Assembly: GCF_009914755.1 (NCBI RefSeq)
Contig: NC_060941.1
Direction: 5' to 3' (one strand)
Source of the DNA: the human T2T-CHM13v2.0 reference genome, Homo sapiens
Length of the DNA: 64,000 nucleotides
In this document: piece after piece, positions 19,701-33,200 of the stretch
How positions within the stretch are numbered: the stretch's first letter is position 1
Layout of the letters: each line of letters begins with the position of its first letter
The notes under the pieces: generated by a model
The model's database searches: none
What the model was told of the DNA's origin: nothing
Seen by the model: the letters and a program-made list of their open reading frames with translations, nothing else
Translations under genes and position numbers: made by a program

Positions 19701-22700
19701 ATACCAACAAGTCGACTTGGGACTTTGGGAGAGTACTCACCCTAAATCAATTTTGCCCAAAAGGGCAAATCAAATTCTGAAGCTTAGTCATCCTGCCCTA
19801 CTGCAAGAATATAAACCTCTCCATGTTCTAAGCAGGGCAGCTGGAACCCTATGGCCAGCAATAGGTCACAGTAACCTCGTTCCAGGATTTCTCAAGTATC
19901 AGAGCACCTCAACCATCCACTGCCCCCAATATGTTCGGGGTCGGCGCCTTATTTGATTTCAGTTCTCCAAAGCCACCCTCATATGTATAGCCTCTGTCAT
20001 ATCACTATGGTGTGCTAAACCCATCAGCACTGTATGTTTGGGAAAGAGCAGCCCCTAGGGGATCCTGACATCTCCACGGCATGAGTGGAGCCCTCGGCGG
20101 CCTCCCTGGTGCGGATTCTCACGGTTCCTGCCTCTCCAAACTTTTAGCTGTAACCACTCCAACACGTCTTCTTAGCTTAGCACACACTGGACCCAAATAA
20201 CCTCAGCTCAGAGCTGGAAAGTACTCTCCCTGGGGTCAGCTGCTGTACCCTGCTGGGGTCAGACTGGAGCCTTAGGCCAACACCCCTTCCTCTCACAAGG
20301 AGTCCTACGGGAGGCGTGGGGAGGGGACAGGGGCTCCTGCCGTGGGAGAGATCACGTGTGCCCCACACTCAGCACTTGGAGGAAGAGGAACCCCCTGGTG
20401 CCAGGCTGCAGTGCTAACGCCCCAACCCGGAGCCAGGGAGACTGGGTGGGGAGCCAGGGTAGCAAAGGGGCTTCCCACAGCCACCACCACTTCCTTCAGG
20501 GAAGTGCTGATGGACTATTACTCAGTGACCTCCTAAAATGCCCTTTTGGGAAGGCATATTAAGTGTCCTTGAAGGGGTGCCGATTAGCCTTGGGATTAGT
20601 TCTTATTTCAGAGCTGCCCTATGAAGGTGAGTGAACTAGTTGTTTTTTAACTTGAGAATTTCTATCTCATCTACAGAGTCAACACATGGAAGCTCCCTAA
20701 GGAAGTCAGCTTACTGCATACGCCCTACGTATCCCTCTTTCTCCCTATGTGACAAGACCTCAGAGGGCTCCCTACGACCCTTCTCCAGTGTGCTCTGTAG
20801 ACTATGGAAGACGATCCATGGAAAAGCAGCAAGTACAAGAATTTCTAGAGTTTTTTTTTTTTTAAACAGTACTCCAATCCAACAGTGTGATAAATGCATC
20901 CGAGCTACAATTAGGAAGATATATAGCATCAGAATGCGAAGGTCTGGGCAGCCTGGTGAAACGCGGGCTCTCCAGAGCCCCAGCTATGTTTCCCATTATG
21001 TAACCCTGGTCATGGGCAGACAGCCAGACTCCAAATGAAAAAGAGACTCTGGCTTGGCACTGGTTCTATTTTCCTATCCTCATTCGGGGTCAGCGCAGTG
21101 TCATACAGCTGCAGAGAAAGCTCTGGGGATTAAACCTGGGAAAGCCTCCAAGACCAGGACCTGGGTTCAAGTACCAGCTGAAAGCAATAAACCAACTGCC
21201 ACAGCTGGGCTAGGTTTGGATGTTCTCAAAGTCCCCTGACTCTTTCACTTACTGAGAACTAGAAATCAGGATAAGTGAAGATTTGGCCTCAGCAGAGACT
21301 GAAATGAGGTAGGCTGTCCCACTGCCCTAGCCTTGCCAAAGGTCCTGGGATGCAAGGGGTCACTATGCTCAGGTCCATGAAGCCTGTCGCTCTACTCCTC
21401 TCCAGCACGACTTTCCTTGTGCTCACTTGCCGAAGTAGGGGTGCAGCTGCCTCTCCCTTCTCACCAGAGGCTTGGTGTGGATGGGAACACAAACTATGCT
21501 AGCAGATGGGGCAAGTAGGTGGGCCCTCCAAACCAAGCAGTCTGTCCTAAACACACCCAGCACTCTACATTGACTTTCACAGTGGCCCCAGGCCACTTTC
21601 CACATCCTGCTATAATCCTCTATACCAATAATCTCCTGGGATTATGAAGCCATTCTGTTACAATCCCTAACGGGTACAACTGGGGAGTCAACTTGCTTCC
21701 ATCCATGCTGGCTCTAACACACAGATCTAATAAGTGCCACAGCGAGGGAAGGCACACATGCCCACATGCCCAGCAATCCTGCCCTCATCACTCTGCAGTG
21801 CCAACGATACTCTCATCATCATCCTAGGTGTTCCACATGTGCCTGCTGTTGTGGTTTTGACTGGAAGGAAGAGGAGCATGGGCAAAGAGGAGAGAACCAA
21901 GGAAACTCAAGATGAACCCTGGAATTCCCCTCAGAGAGGGGAAGATGCTGTGCAATGATTCTCTAACTGCATAAGGAAAGAGGGTAACAAATTAAAGACA
22001 GGGAGGGAATGAAGGAAGAGAGATGAAAGAAGGGTCCCACATGTCAGAGGGACCATTTGGAAGTGGGGTTTCTGGAGGAAAAGCAAAGGAGACTTCCTCT
22101 TTGTAGGAAAAACAGGCTCTCTGGTCACCTTATCTTAGGATCAGAGAAATGTATCTTTGCAAAGAAGAAACTCAGGCAAAGACCAATGAAAGCATGCCAA
22201 GAAGGGGCACTAAACAGCAGCCATTTCATTCCTGCTCCCTTGGGAGCATTTCCAAACCCTTCAAAACGATGAGCAGCAACAAGGACTTTACAAGCGTCAG
22301 GGGGGTTACAGTTTTGGCATCTACAGAACCATTGGGGTGTGTTATTCTCTATGACCTTAAAAGAAAAGCCTCTTCAATCTGTAAGGTCAGTGGGCATGAG
22401 ATTAAGTTTGAAACCCACAAAAGCACCATACCTTTGCCAATCTCTCAACCAGAGTATTTACTCAGTGAGTATTAGGAAGCTACATGAGAATATGGGAAAC
22501 AAAAGAAGGAAGGTGCAATTCTGATTCCACTTTTCCAGGCCTCTGATCTGAAGACTCTGAGGTGGGACTACCCTCAGTGGTAGTCAGGCCAGGTTTGCTC
22601 TGTTGAACGCGGGCACCAGTCCTTAAATAGCCATGCCTTGGGGTCAGGCCCCAGGATAGCAAAGCCTCTCTTTCATGCTTAAACTCGCATTCCAGAGATA

Positions 22701-24237
22701 ACCAGCTGCTGATCCTAACTGCAGAGAGAGAAAGAAAGAGAGCACAGAAGGAGATGTTTTTCTCTATTACACTGTTTTATCTCTCTAGCCCGGACTGGCT
22801 TCACGAGAGAGTAAGTGGTATCCACAGCTACGGTAACGTATTTGCTGGGTAATTAAATTCAATATACTATTTGGTCAGATTTGCTCTCCTCGTGAAGAAG
22901 TCTGAGAAGACTAAGCAAATATGACTCAAATGTCCCAACCCCCTCTGCCTCTCTGTAGCCCAGAATGTGAAGCCCAGCCGGGGATGGCTGTAGCTTGGAC
23001 CACGTGCCTGCCTGTAGATTGAGCCCTTGCCCAAAGATGGGCAGCAGCTCAGAGCCGGCAACGGGCCATTTGCTGCAGCATCCAAAGAGAAAACAGACTC
23101 AGCATCTCAAGCAAATGAGACCCAGCACTTCCTGTGTGAGCTTTCCATTTCCTCAGCCGAACAAAAGCCAAAAGGGAGTGAGAGAGGGAGGAGGGATGAA
23201 GGGAGACATGCTGCGTGAGAGAGCTAACAGACCTGTGGCCCGGGATATGGGTAAACAGGGGCTGTGTGAATCCTATCTAAGAGACCTGTGGTTGTGAGGT
23301 GAGGTGACCCGGGGAAGGCCCAGGCTCCAAGGACAGATGGTCTGCCTCCCCACCCTGAGAGTAAGGAAGGGACACTCAGTGACCCTTGTGCATGCTCAGA
23401 AGCAGTGGCTTAGATACTTGGAGAACTGAGTCCTTTCTTGGCATTTTCGTTCCAAAACTGCAAACTGCCTAGTCCTCATTACAGATTAATAGCCTGAAAA
23501 GTTTGAGGCTGTAGATGTTAACTCTTTGGGGATCACTGCTGAGAAACAGCTGTCCCCTGGCCAGCAGATCCGTCAGTTCCTTTGTGTGGCCCCAGCTGCA
23601 CAGCTTGGAGCTCCAAGGCTTCAGCCTGGAGTGCATTTTGGAAACCTAGGAGGGCCCACAGATAGGATGCAGAGAACTGTCCGATGCTGTGAGTGCCGCC
23701 CACACCGTTACAGAGCTAGAGGTGGGGAGGGCATGGGGAGACTGAGATTAATAACAGTCCAGGGGGTACATCTTGAGGCAAGTACAGGGAAAAAATTTAG
23801 AAAGAAAAGGGGAAGAATCAGACTACACAGTCCACACATAAACTGCTGCCCAGAAATCTCTGCTTTAGCCTTCCCTCTGGAGGTTACCCATGAGTCTAGG
23901 AGACTCACATGGCTGGTCCCCAAGTCAAACAAGCTCCCCTCCCTACTCCCCAAAAGTGCCCTCCAAAGTAGCCAGGGTCTCCATAATCTATCCCCCAGCA
24001 TTACTTCTCTCCAGAGAAGAACACTGGAGATGCTTGTTCTGAAACACACATAAATGCATAACACAGAGCATGAAGGAGCTTTGGGTACACAGCACCAGCC
24101 GAAGACCACACTGAGAGAATGTGGGGTAGGGGAAGAAAAGGAAGAGGGAAACGAGAAATGGCCAGGGGGGTGGGGTGGGCAGGGGTGAAACAGAGAAAGA
24201 CAGAGACACTAAGGAAGAGTAGAGATAAGAAAGAGAG

Positions 24238-24600
<363 letters not shown>

Positions 24601-24710
24601 GTGAACAGGGCTGAACAGAGATGGAGCCTACACGCACAGTTGTACAAACATGAACACACACAGTGACACTAACACAAAGAAGAATGTGACACATGGAACA
24701 TGGACAGAGA

Positions 24711-24998
24711 TTGAAGTCAGCAAGCTTTTTCTGTAATGAGCTAAACTGCAAATATTCCAGGCCGTGTGAACCATACAGCCTGTGGCAACTACTCAACTCT
24801 GCTCTGTAATGTGAAATCAGCCATAGACACAGTGTAAACAAGTAAGCATGGTTATATTCCAATCAACTTTATGGACACTAAAATCTGACTTTTATACAAT
24901 TTTCATGAGTCATGAAATAGTACTCGTTTGATTTTTTGTTTAACCATTTAAAAATGTAAACCATTATTAGCTTGTGGGCCATGGTATGCTGATCCCTG
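24711..24998. mobile_element. MER58B-like hAT-Charlie DNA transposon
   Basis: gcaactactcaactctgc...cagccatagac...attccaat...ttaaccatttaaaaatgtaaaccatt...gctgatccctg. Confidence 0.75.
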
Positions 24999-25012
24999 AT
25001 ACAGGTGCGTGC

Positions 25013-25013
<1 letters not shown>

Positions 25014-25054
<41 letters not shown>
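25014..25054. repeat. (CA)20 microsatellite at the start of a long degenerate ACAG/ACAC-rich low-complexity region extending to ~26900
   Basis: Read directly from the sequence. Confidence 0.95.
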
Positions 25055-25055
<1 letters not shown>

Positions 25056-25194
25056 CAGAGGCAGACGAAAGCAGAGGCAAAGAGAAAGACAGAGGCAGGC
25101 AGGCAGAGACAGGCCAGGACAGACAGACAGACAGGTAGGTAAAAGGCAAGGCAGGCAGATACAGGAAGACCCACATACACAGAAACCCCCTCTA

Positions 25195-26248
<1,054 letters not shown>

Positions 26249-26915
26249 AGACAGCTATAGATGTGGACACAGAGACATGAAAACACAGACATACACTGAA
26301 AGAAACCTACTTGGGGACACATGAATCCCATACAGAGATATATATACTCAAGGATATACAGACACAAACAGGTATAGACACAAATACAGACATAGATACG
26401 GACATCCCACATGAACACATACAGATAACAACACACGTGGCCACAGTTGGATGGATGCACATGGACAAGTAAACACAGACAGACATGGACCAGGCACACG
26501 GAAAGACCCCTAGACAAGCGCCCAGAGGCAGACACACAGAACTTTGCGCTCAGATACAGACACTAAGACACACACAGACTTACAGACACACAGACAAATG
26601 GACCTAGACAAGCACAGAGTCGGACACAACCCAGACACAGATATAGACAAAGATAAAAGAAGTAACCATATGGGGTTCCACAACACTCTGTAAATGTAAT
26701 TTATGTCACCGAACTTAGAAATAGTTAAGATGGCAAATGTTACATCTATCTCCACAATTAAAAAAAAGAAAAAGAAAAAGGTATACAAACACATAAACTG
26801 ATCTACGTAAATACACCCAGACAGACACACAGACTCCAACACCTGCCCCCGCCCCCAATACACAAATGCTCTCTGCTATACACAAATGCTCTGAGAGATG
26901 CCAGACTGACACACA

Positions 26916-27090
26916 GAGACAGGGGGCGAGGGCAGGCGCATGGTGAGAAGACAGGGGATGAGGGTGAGGGCAGAGGCATGGTGAGAAGACGGAAACGAGG
27001 GCGAGGTGTAGTGAGAAGACGGGGACGAGGGCAGGGACGTGGTGAGAAGACAGGGGGCGAGGGGAGGGACGTGGTGAGAAGACAGGGCAT
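26916..27090. repeat. G-rich minisatellite, ~30-38 bp unit with core (g/a)tggtgagaagac, about 5-6 copies
   Basis: gtgagaagac recurs five times with gggg(c/a)gagggc spacers. Confidence 0.85.
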
Positions 27091-27206
27091 GAGTGAATGG
27101 AAGAGAGATGTGCATGCATTCAGCCTCCCCACACGCTGCCATGCCAGGAGACAAACTGCAGAAGACAGCACAAGCAGCAGTGAGAGAGCCTTAAAGATGC
27201 AGAGAA

Positions 27207-27535
27207 GGCTGGGCATGGTGGGTCATGCCTGTCATCCCAGCACTTTGGGAGGCTGAGGCAGGTGGATCTCCTGAGCTCAAGAGTTTAAGACCAGCCTGGG
27301 CAACACGGCGAAACCCTGTCTCTACCGAAAAATACAAAAAATGAGCCAGGCGTGGTGGTGTGCACCTGTGGTCCCAGCTACTCAGGAGGCCGAGGCAGGA
27401 GGATCACATGAGCTGGGAGGTGGAGGTTGCAGTGAGATCGCGTCACTGCACTCCAGCCTGGGTGAGCTGAGATCATGCCACTGCACTCCAGCCTGGGTGA
27501 CAAAGTGATACCCTGTTTCAAAAAAAAAAAAAAAA
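27207..27535 (+). mobile_element. AluJ-like element with an internal ~36 bp duplication in the right arm
   Basis: cactgcactccagcctgggtga occurs twice within ~27433-27500. Confidence 0.85.
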
Positions 27536-27925
27536 GCAAGATGCACAGAAAAACTAATAAGAGAAGATACAAAGTCTCACACACACATATCCACACAAAT
27601 CCAGACTCCAGAGGCAGCTGCAGAGATGGTGAGTATGCACAATATGGAGTGAGGATGAGGGAACGAGAGCAAGAACAAATAACAAAATGGAGAGTGAGAG
27701 GAAAAAGAGAGTGTGAGAGGAGGGGGAAGAGGCCTGGAGAACAGGAAAAAATAACCTAAAACATCAGAGGATAGGGAAGGTATTCAAAAAAAGTTCAAAT
27801 AAAGAAGAAATAGAGAGGCAGGCAGGCTGTGGGCAGAAAGAAACAGAGCAGGATGAAGAGGGGAGCTGTAGGAACACGGGCAGGCCCAAGCCAGTGGTGC
27901 TGAAGCAATGGGCAGGTCAACTCAC

Positions 27926-28094
27926 TGCGAGGGCAGATCCAGGGATGTGGGAGGAGGATTCCAGGTGTCCGGGTAGCCGAGCATCCAATCTGACCAGACT
28001 TTGACACTGGGGAGCAGCTCCTTCAGGTCCGGGACAAAGGAAGACACCTTGATGTCGTCTTGGTCATCCTGGTCCTCAGGAGAGGACAGCTGAG
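27926..28094 (-). CDS. SMG6: SMG6 internal coding exon (169 nt, phase 1-2; probably exon 12): [56 protein letters not shown](H)
   Basis: Acceptor ttctcaccctttgcctctgcag|CTCAG and donor TCGCA|gtgagt. Open frame is compatible with both neighbouring exons. Not represented as an ORF in the supplied track; translated manually. Confidence 0.96.
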
Positions 28095-28379
28095 CTGCAG
28101 AGGCAAAGGGTGAGAACTGGGCCTATGTCTGCTGTAGCCCCCGAGTGAGGCCTGGGGCGCTGGGACGGCAGCAAGCTCTTAGGGAAGGGAGACCAAGTCC
28201 ACAGGAAAGATAGGCCCAGAAGCGAGGACAAGCGCCAGCACCTAAGAGGATTCTGAAAAGTAGGACAAAGAGAGAACCAGTGTACTGGGTCTGCCCCTGG
28301 ACACAACTGATTCTGCTTCACCTGTGGCTTGGCTGAAGCCTCTACTCTGGCCTCTAGCCCACCCTTCCAGCCTTCCTTC

Positions 28380-28995
28380 AGCACAGTACCAAGATGGCAC
28401 CAGAGTTCTTGCCAAAACTGCATGACCTGAATTTAATCACAAGGAAACACCAGAGAAACCCAAACTGTGGGACACTGTGCAAATGCTTCATATTCTTCAA
28501 AAATGACAAGGACATGTAGGACAAAGAAAGACAGAAAAACCATCCCAAATTAAAGGACATTAAAGAGACACGATGATATCTAAATGCAACGTGTGCTCCT
28601 GCACTGGATCCCAGAGCAGAAAACAACTTTTTTTTCCCCTTGCTATAAAGAAATTAGGGCAACTGGCACAAACTAAGTAAGGTCTGTGAATGCAATAATA
28701 GTATTTTGTCAATGTTGACTTCCGATTTTGATAACCGTTGTTAAGAGAATATCCTTATTATTAGGAATATAGAGTCAAGTATTTGGGGGTAAAGGGCCCG
28801 CAACTCTGTAACTTAAAAATCAAATGGTTCAGAAGAAAAATAATAACCTTAAGTATGTGTGTATGGAAAGACGAACGTAAGCCCATATGGTAAAATGTTA
28901 ACTGGGGAATCCGGGTGAAGGGTATGTAAGAGTTCTCTGCACTATTCTGGCTACTGTTCTGTAAATATGAAGTTACTTCAAAATAAAAAGTTGCC
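28380..28995 (+). mobile_element. L1MC-type 3'UTR fragment
   Basis: gccaaaactgcatgacctgaatttaatcacaaggaaacacc...aaatgcaacgtgtg...aaaatgttaactggggaatccgggtgaagggtat...tcaaaataaaaagtt. Confidence 0.75.
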
Positions 28996-29661
28996 CTTCT
29001 GTCCCTAAAAAAAAAAAAGGCAGCCTCCGAAGCTGGAGGCATTCACAAAGCTGGTGCGGCATGGGGTGACAGTGGGGTCTCATTAAGTCACTAATATTGA
29101 TCTAGGAGCTGAAAAGAAAGGTGTAACCTTCAGCCCTACCTTCTACTGCTACAACAATCTGGCTTAGACTTCTAAGGGCAGCCTTAAAGGATATGGGATA
29201 CTGTCTCAACCTAAGGGCTAAAAATAGCACCTGCTCTATCTGGTCCAGTGAGTCTCCCATGATGGCTGGTCCACAGCGGTTACAGAACTCACCAGGTACC
29301 ACACAAACAGAAACAAAGAGATAAAGGGGAAAACACAACGTCGATTATGGAAACTAACTTTTCTGGTTTCCTGAAGATGCAGGAACATGCAGCAGCTCAT
29401 AGGTACAGTGAAAATCCTAACTACTAAAGGAGAAAAGAGAGAGGAAAGGGTTCTACAAAAAGGAGAAGAGGGCCTTAGAGGCAATCAGACTGTAAAAGGA
29501 AATGGGACTAGTTAGGCAGGCAAAAGGAAGAGGGGCATGTAGGTAAGAGGAAGAATGGAGACTACAGGGAGAAGACACCGAGAAAACAGCATGGCACTGT
29601 GAGGTCTGGACAAGGCCAGGCAACTGGAAAGCCCACCAGGCTGGGGACTCCTCCTGCTTAC

Positions 29662-29778
29662 CTTTGGCGGACTCCTTAAGTAAGCAGGTGCAGCGGCGGA
29701 CCAGTAGAGAAAACATGGCCAAGCCCAGAGCTGCGGCTTGTTCCTGGATCACAGAGCGGCACTCCTCCGAGAAGCAGT
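29662..29778 (-). CDS. SMG6: SMG6 internal coding exon (117 nt, phase 1-1; probably exon 11): (D)[38 protein letters not shown]
   Basis: Minus-strand acceptor tttcatttgcctgtccgcag|ACTGC and donor AAAG|gtaagc. Peptide recognised as SMG6/EST1A. The final G joins CT of the next exon to make GCT (Ala). Exon number is from memory. Confidence 0.96.
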
Positions 29779-29834
29779 CTGCGGACAGGCAAATGAAACT
29801 CTCAGCGCCCCAGGCGGACAAGATGCACATCACT

Positions 29835-29975
29835 GGCCACGTTACCGAGCTTCCTTTTCCTCACTGAAGACTAGGGCTAGTGATATTCCCTCTCTCAGAG
29901 TGGTCATAAGGCCAAGTAGAAAATGCATGTGAAGCACTTACCATGAGGTCTGGCATATGGATATGTGTTTGATAA
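29835..29975 (+). mobile_element. MIR fragment
   Basis: ttttcctcactg...atattccctctctcagagtggtcataagg...aatgcatgtgaagcactta...tctggcata. Confidence 0.6.
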
Positions 29976-30207
29976 GATGATAAGGGTCACCTCTGTCAAT
30001 TCTACATCACTTTCCCAGGAACGGTTACCTCAGGAAGGGCAGTCTGAGCTGGAGCTGCATGGTCTCTGCCTTTAGCTGCCTACTGATAATGTAAAGCCAT
30101 CGTAACAAGAACTCAGATTTAATTAACTCAGTCTCTCTAGTGTATAACTAACAGGAGCACAGTCATCAGTTAAGATTGGAAAAATACACATTTAAAAATG
30201 ATCTTCT

Positions 30208-30247
30208 GTCTACTGCCATACCACCCTGAACGCGCCCGATCTCGTCT
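30208..30247 (+). pseudogene. 3'-truncated (tailless) 5S rRNA retropseudogene, nt 1-40 of 5S
   Basis: gtctactgccataccaccctgaacgcgcccgatctcgtct matches the 5' end of human 5S rRNA (GTCTACGGCCATACC...) at 39/40. Flanked by the identical direct repeat aaaaatgatcttct at 30194-30207 and 30248-30261. Confidence 0.93.
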
Positions 30248-33200
30248 AAAAATGATCTTCTTGAATCACCAACCTTTAGTCCCATCCTTACTTCCTCCAT
30301 GTCCCTCCTCCTAAGAAAACACACATGACACAAATAACCTACTTTCATGGAATGAGTTAATTTTATGCAGAACAGTGCTTGGCACATAATAAGCACTTAA
30401 TCAGTGTTGGCTTTTGTTTTCACAAATTCCTTCCCCTAGCGCTAAAAAATAAACCTGGCTCCCAATCCCAGTACCCTCTTCCCGTCACTTTTTCAGCCTG
30501 GCTAACTAACTTCCTTCTGGCTCCAGGTCACCGAAAGGAGCCATCTTTTTGGTGGGCAGAATTATTCTTTGGTGGGAGCTATGTGGCATACTCCCAAAAG
30601 CCTGCCTGTACCTACTCTTCATCACTGGCCTTCCCTGAAAGCCACGTCATCTGAACTCGAGAGGAGCTGGTGACACACAGAAGGCAGCAGTCCACCACAC
30701 AGCCTCCGAGGAGGAGACACCACATACCCACAGGAGACAGAATCAGGGGCCAGGCTCACTAGCTCTGGCAGCAGCTAATCTGTGAATTCCCTCTCTAATA
30801 CAGGAGAACTCTCAGAATCTCCAAGTGTTAAAAGGATAATCAGCTGAATGTCTGATCTCTGTCCCTGCCTGTATTTTAACCTCAGTAGCCAAGGGGAGCC
30901 CTCTCATCAGCTCACCAGTCTTGTCAATGGGGCCCCATTGAAGTTGTTACTCCAGGAGACAATACCCAACCACAGTGATTCCTTACCATCTTTGCCCCAG
31001 GAGCAAGTATGATTGGAGTACACAAAGCCAGCCCCAACCCACTTCTGAAAGTACTGGGTGTAAGAAGGAGCAGGCTGCTGCTCAGAAGGGCCCAACAAAC
31101 GAATAGCATCCAGGGTAGTAATTCTTTGATTGTGGCTTTCCCACCAACCTTCCAGATGCCCACTGGTCCCAGATGTCACCCTCTGACTTTCCAGCTCAAC
31201 TGTGGCAGGCAGTTAAGGAAGTGGTAACAATCCATGTGATTAGAATAGACCAGTCTCACTCCTGTCCTGTTAAGGCCCTAAACCTCTGTTACAAAGAAAA
31301 CAAGCATGCAAGAGCCAAGAAGAGGGGAGGATGGAAAGCAGGAAAGGGGGAGATATGTAAGTTGTCAAGAAAAGTTACCAACTTCTCCCCTTCACCCTCC
31401 CCATAGGCAGCAGCACTGTCAGTACCGCCCAGCTCAGTCCAGGCCATTGCCACGCCCGGACAACATCCTGCCTCTAACTAGCAACAGAGCCGGGAAGAAG
31501 GGAGTAAGTCCAGAAAAGAGGGAGTTGGGAGAAGACAAGTGGAGGCCACATCCTGGTAGCTGATACTCTGAGTAAACATTAGTGCCTCCTCATCAACTAA
31601 GCAGAAGTTACCTGCACTCAGAAGGCTAGAAGGGATGGAGGGGGGTGTCCTGGCTCCAAGAGACTGGCATTTTATGAAGCACAGGCTACACTAAGACACT
31701 CCCATGACCCTGGACAGGGATAAGACAGGGGAGGTTTCTTTCACCAAGCCCAGTTCTGTATTTATGACAAATGGCAATCACAAGCTAGACTGTCTCTCAG
31801 AGTTCAAGGTGGGGGCTAGGGCTCAGAGGGAGAATGGCTGCTTAACAACAATGGGATCTGCGGTCTTCGTGGACTCCAGGTTGGCTCCTTTTCTAAAGGC
31901 TCCTGCAATAAGGTCTGGAGACCAGGCAAGGTAGCAACAGCTGGAGTCTCTTTGGTGTAGATCTGAAAGTGCTCAGCCACCTCCCAGGGCAGCAGCTAGA
32001 AGGCAGCTTCATGACTGCTCTGTCCTTGGTGACGGTTATGTCACCTCAACTCCCCATCCCCTAACCCCCTCCTGAAGAAAGGCTTGAAATAACACTGCCT
32101 GCTTATGTGTCTGGTCCATCTGATGCGGAGTATTAAGCAGTAACTGTTCTGCTGTAATCAAGCAGGTGGAGATTTTACAAACGATCAAGGGGGTCAGCAT
32201 GTCTGAGTGTTGGTCAGGCCTCTGACTGGCCATGTTACCTAGAGCACCTCCTGGAAGGCCTGTCCTTCTCCATGGCTCAGTAGTACCTCAAGCACATACT
32301 GAGCATGTAGAATGTTCCAGACTCTGTACTAGGTATGATGGAGCACACAGTTACAAATAAAACATGGTCTCTGCAACCGTAGGACCTTTCAATAGGGTAA
32401 AGAAAATTGTTATTTATCCAAGTATCCACGGCAACTTGGATCCAGTGCCTCAAGTGAGACATGCACTAAGTGCACAGCATCTTCATGGGCTGCTCTTGGC
32501 CTCACGTAGGCTTCCACAGGCTAGAAACCGTAAGACGCTACTCCCTGAAAGCATTCACCGTTACACAAGTGGGTAGGAAAACAGCATCTAGATTCCCAGA
32601 GTCCACCCACTTTGGGGCTAGATCTAGGAAACTGGCCCTAGTCTGATGAATGCCCATATATATCCCTAGTGTTGGGCTGGGCCAAGCCAACAAGTGATGT
32701 GGGGTGGGGGAGGAAAAGGCATTGTTTGCCTTGGTATTCGCCTGGGTTCCTCTGGCTTTGTGTCAGGTAGCAGGAGCATGACAGGAGCTGAGGAACTCAT
32801 TAACACTGTGAAACAGCCTTTCCCCTTCTTTCCAAAAGCAGAGACTTGCTTAAGGGTTTCGGGTAAGGGTTTTGGCTAAGGAAGTCAGACGGAAATATTT
32901 CTTAATAAGAAAGTCACCTGAGGTCTGAACTTGGTTCTGCTCCTTCCCACATGTGGGCAGGTGACCACAGCTCCTATTATTCCTATGGCCAAATACCGGC
33001 TCGGACAGAAATATTCTTCTTGCTCCTATGTAACAGGGAGACTTTCTCGTTTTTCTGAGAATATATTCATGGAAAACATAAACCAACTGTCGTCAAAGTT
33101 GCATGAAATCAGGAAATGGAGCGGCCGGGAGAAGGCTGCCATGTGGCCGGATGTTATGTATTTCTAATTAGTGCTATACATCTTTCAACAGCAAGTGTCC

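Noticed and set aside
26916-27090. Repeat-spacer-like pattern resembling a CRISPR array
   Set aside because: The spacers are related to each other, so this is a diverged tandem repeat. The context is eukaryotic and there are no cas genes.
29453-29833. 126-aa ORF around the 117-nt exon
   Set aside because: Same reason: the coding core is the spliced exon and the flanks are chance open frame.
30208-30247. Functional 5S rRNA gene
   Set aside because: Only 40 of ~120 nt are present; it lacks the internal A/IE/C promoter boxes and terminator.
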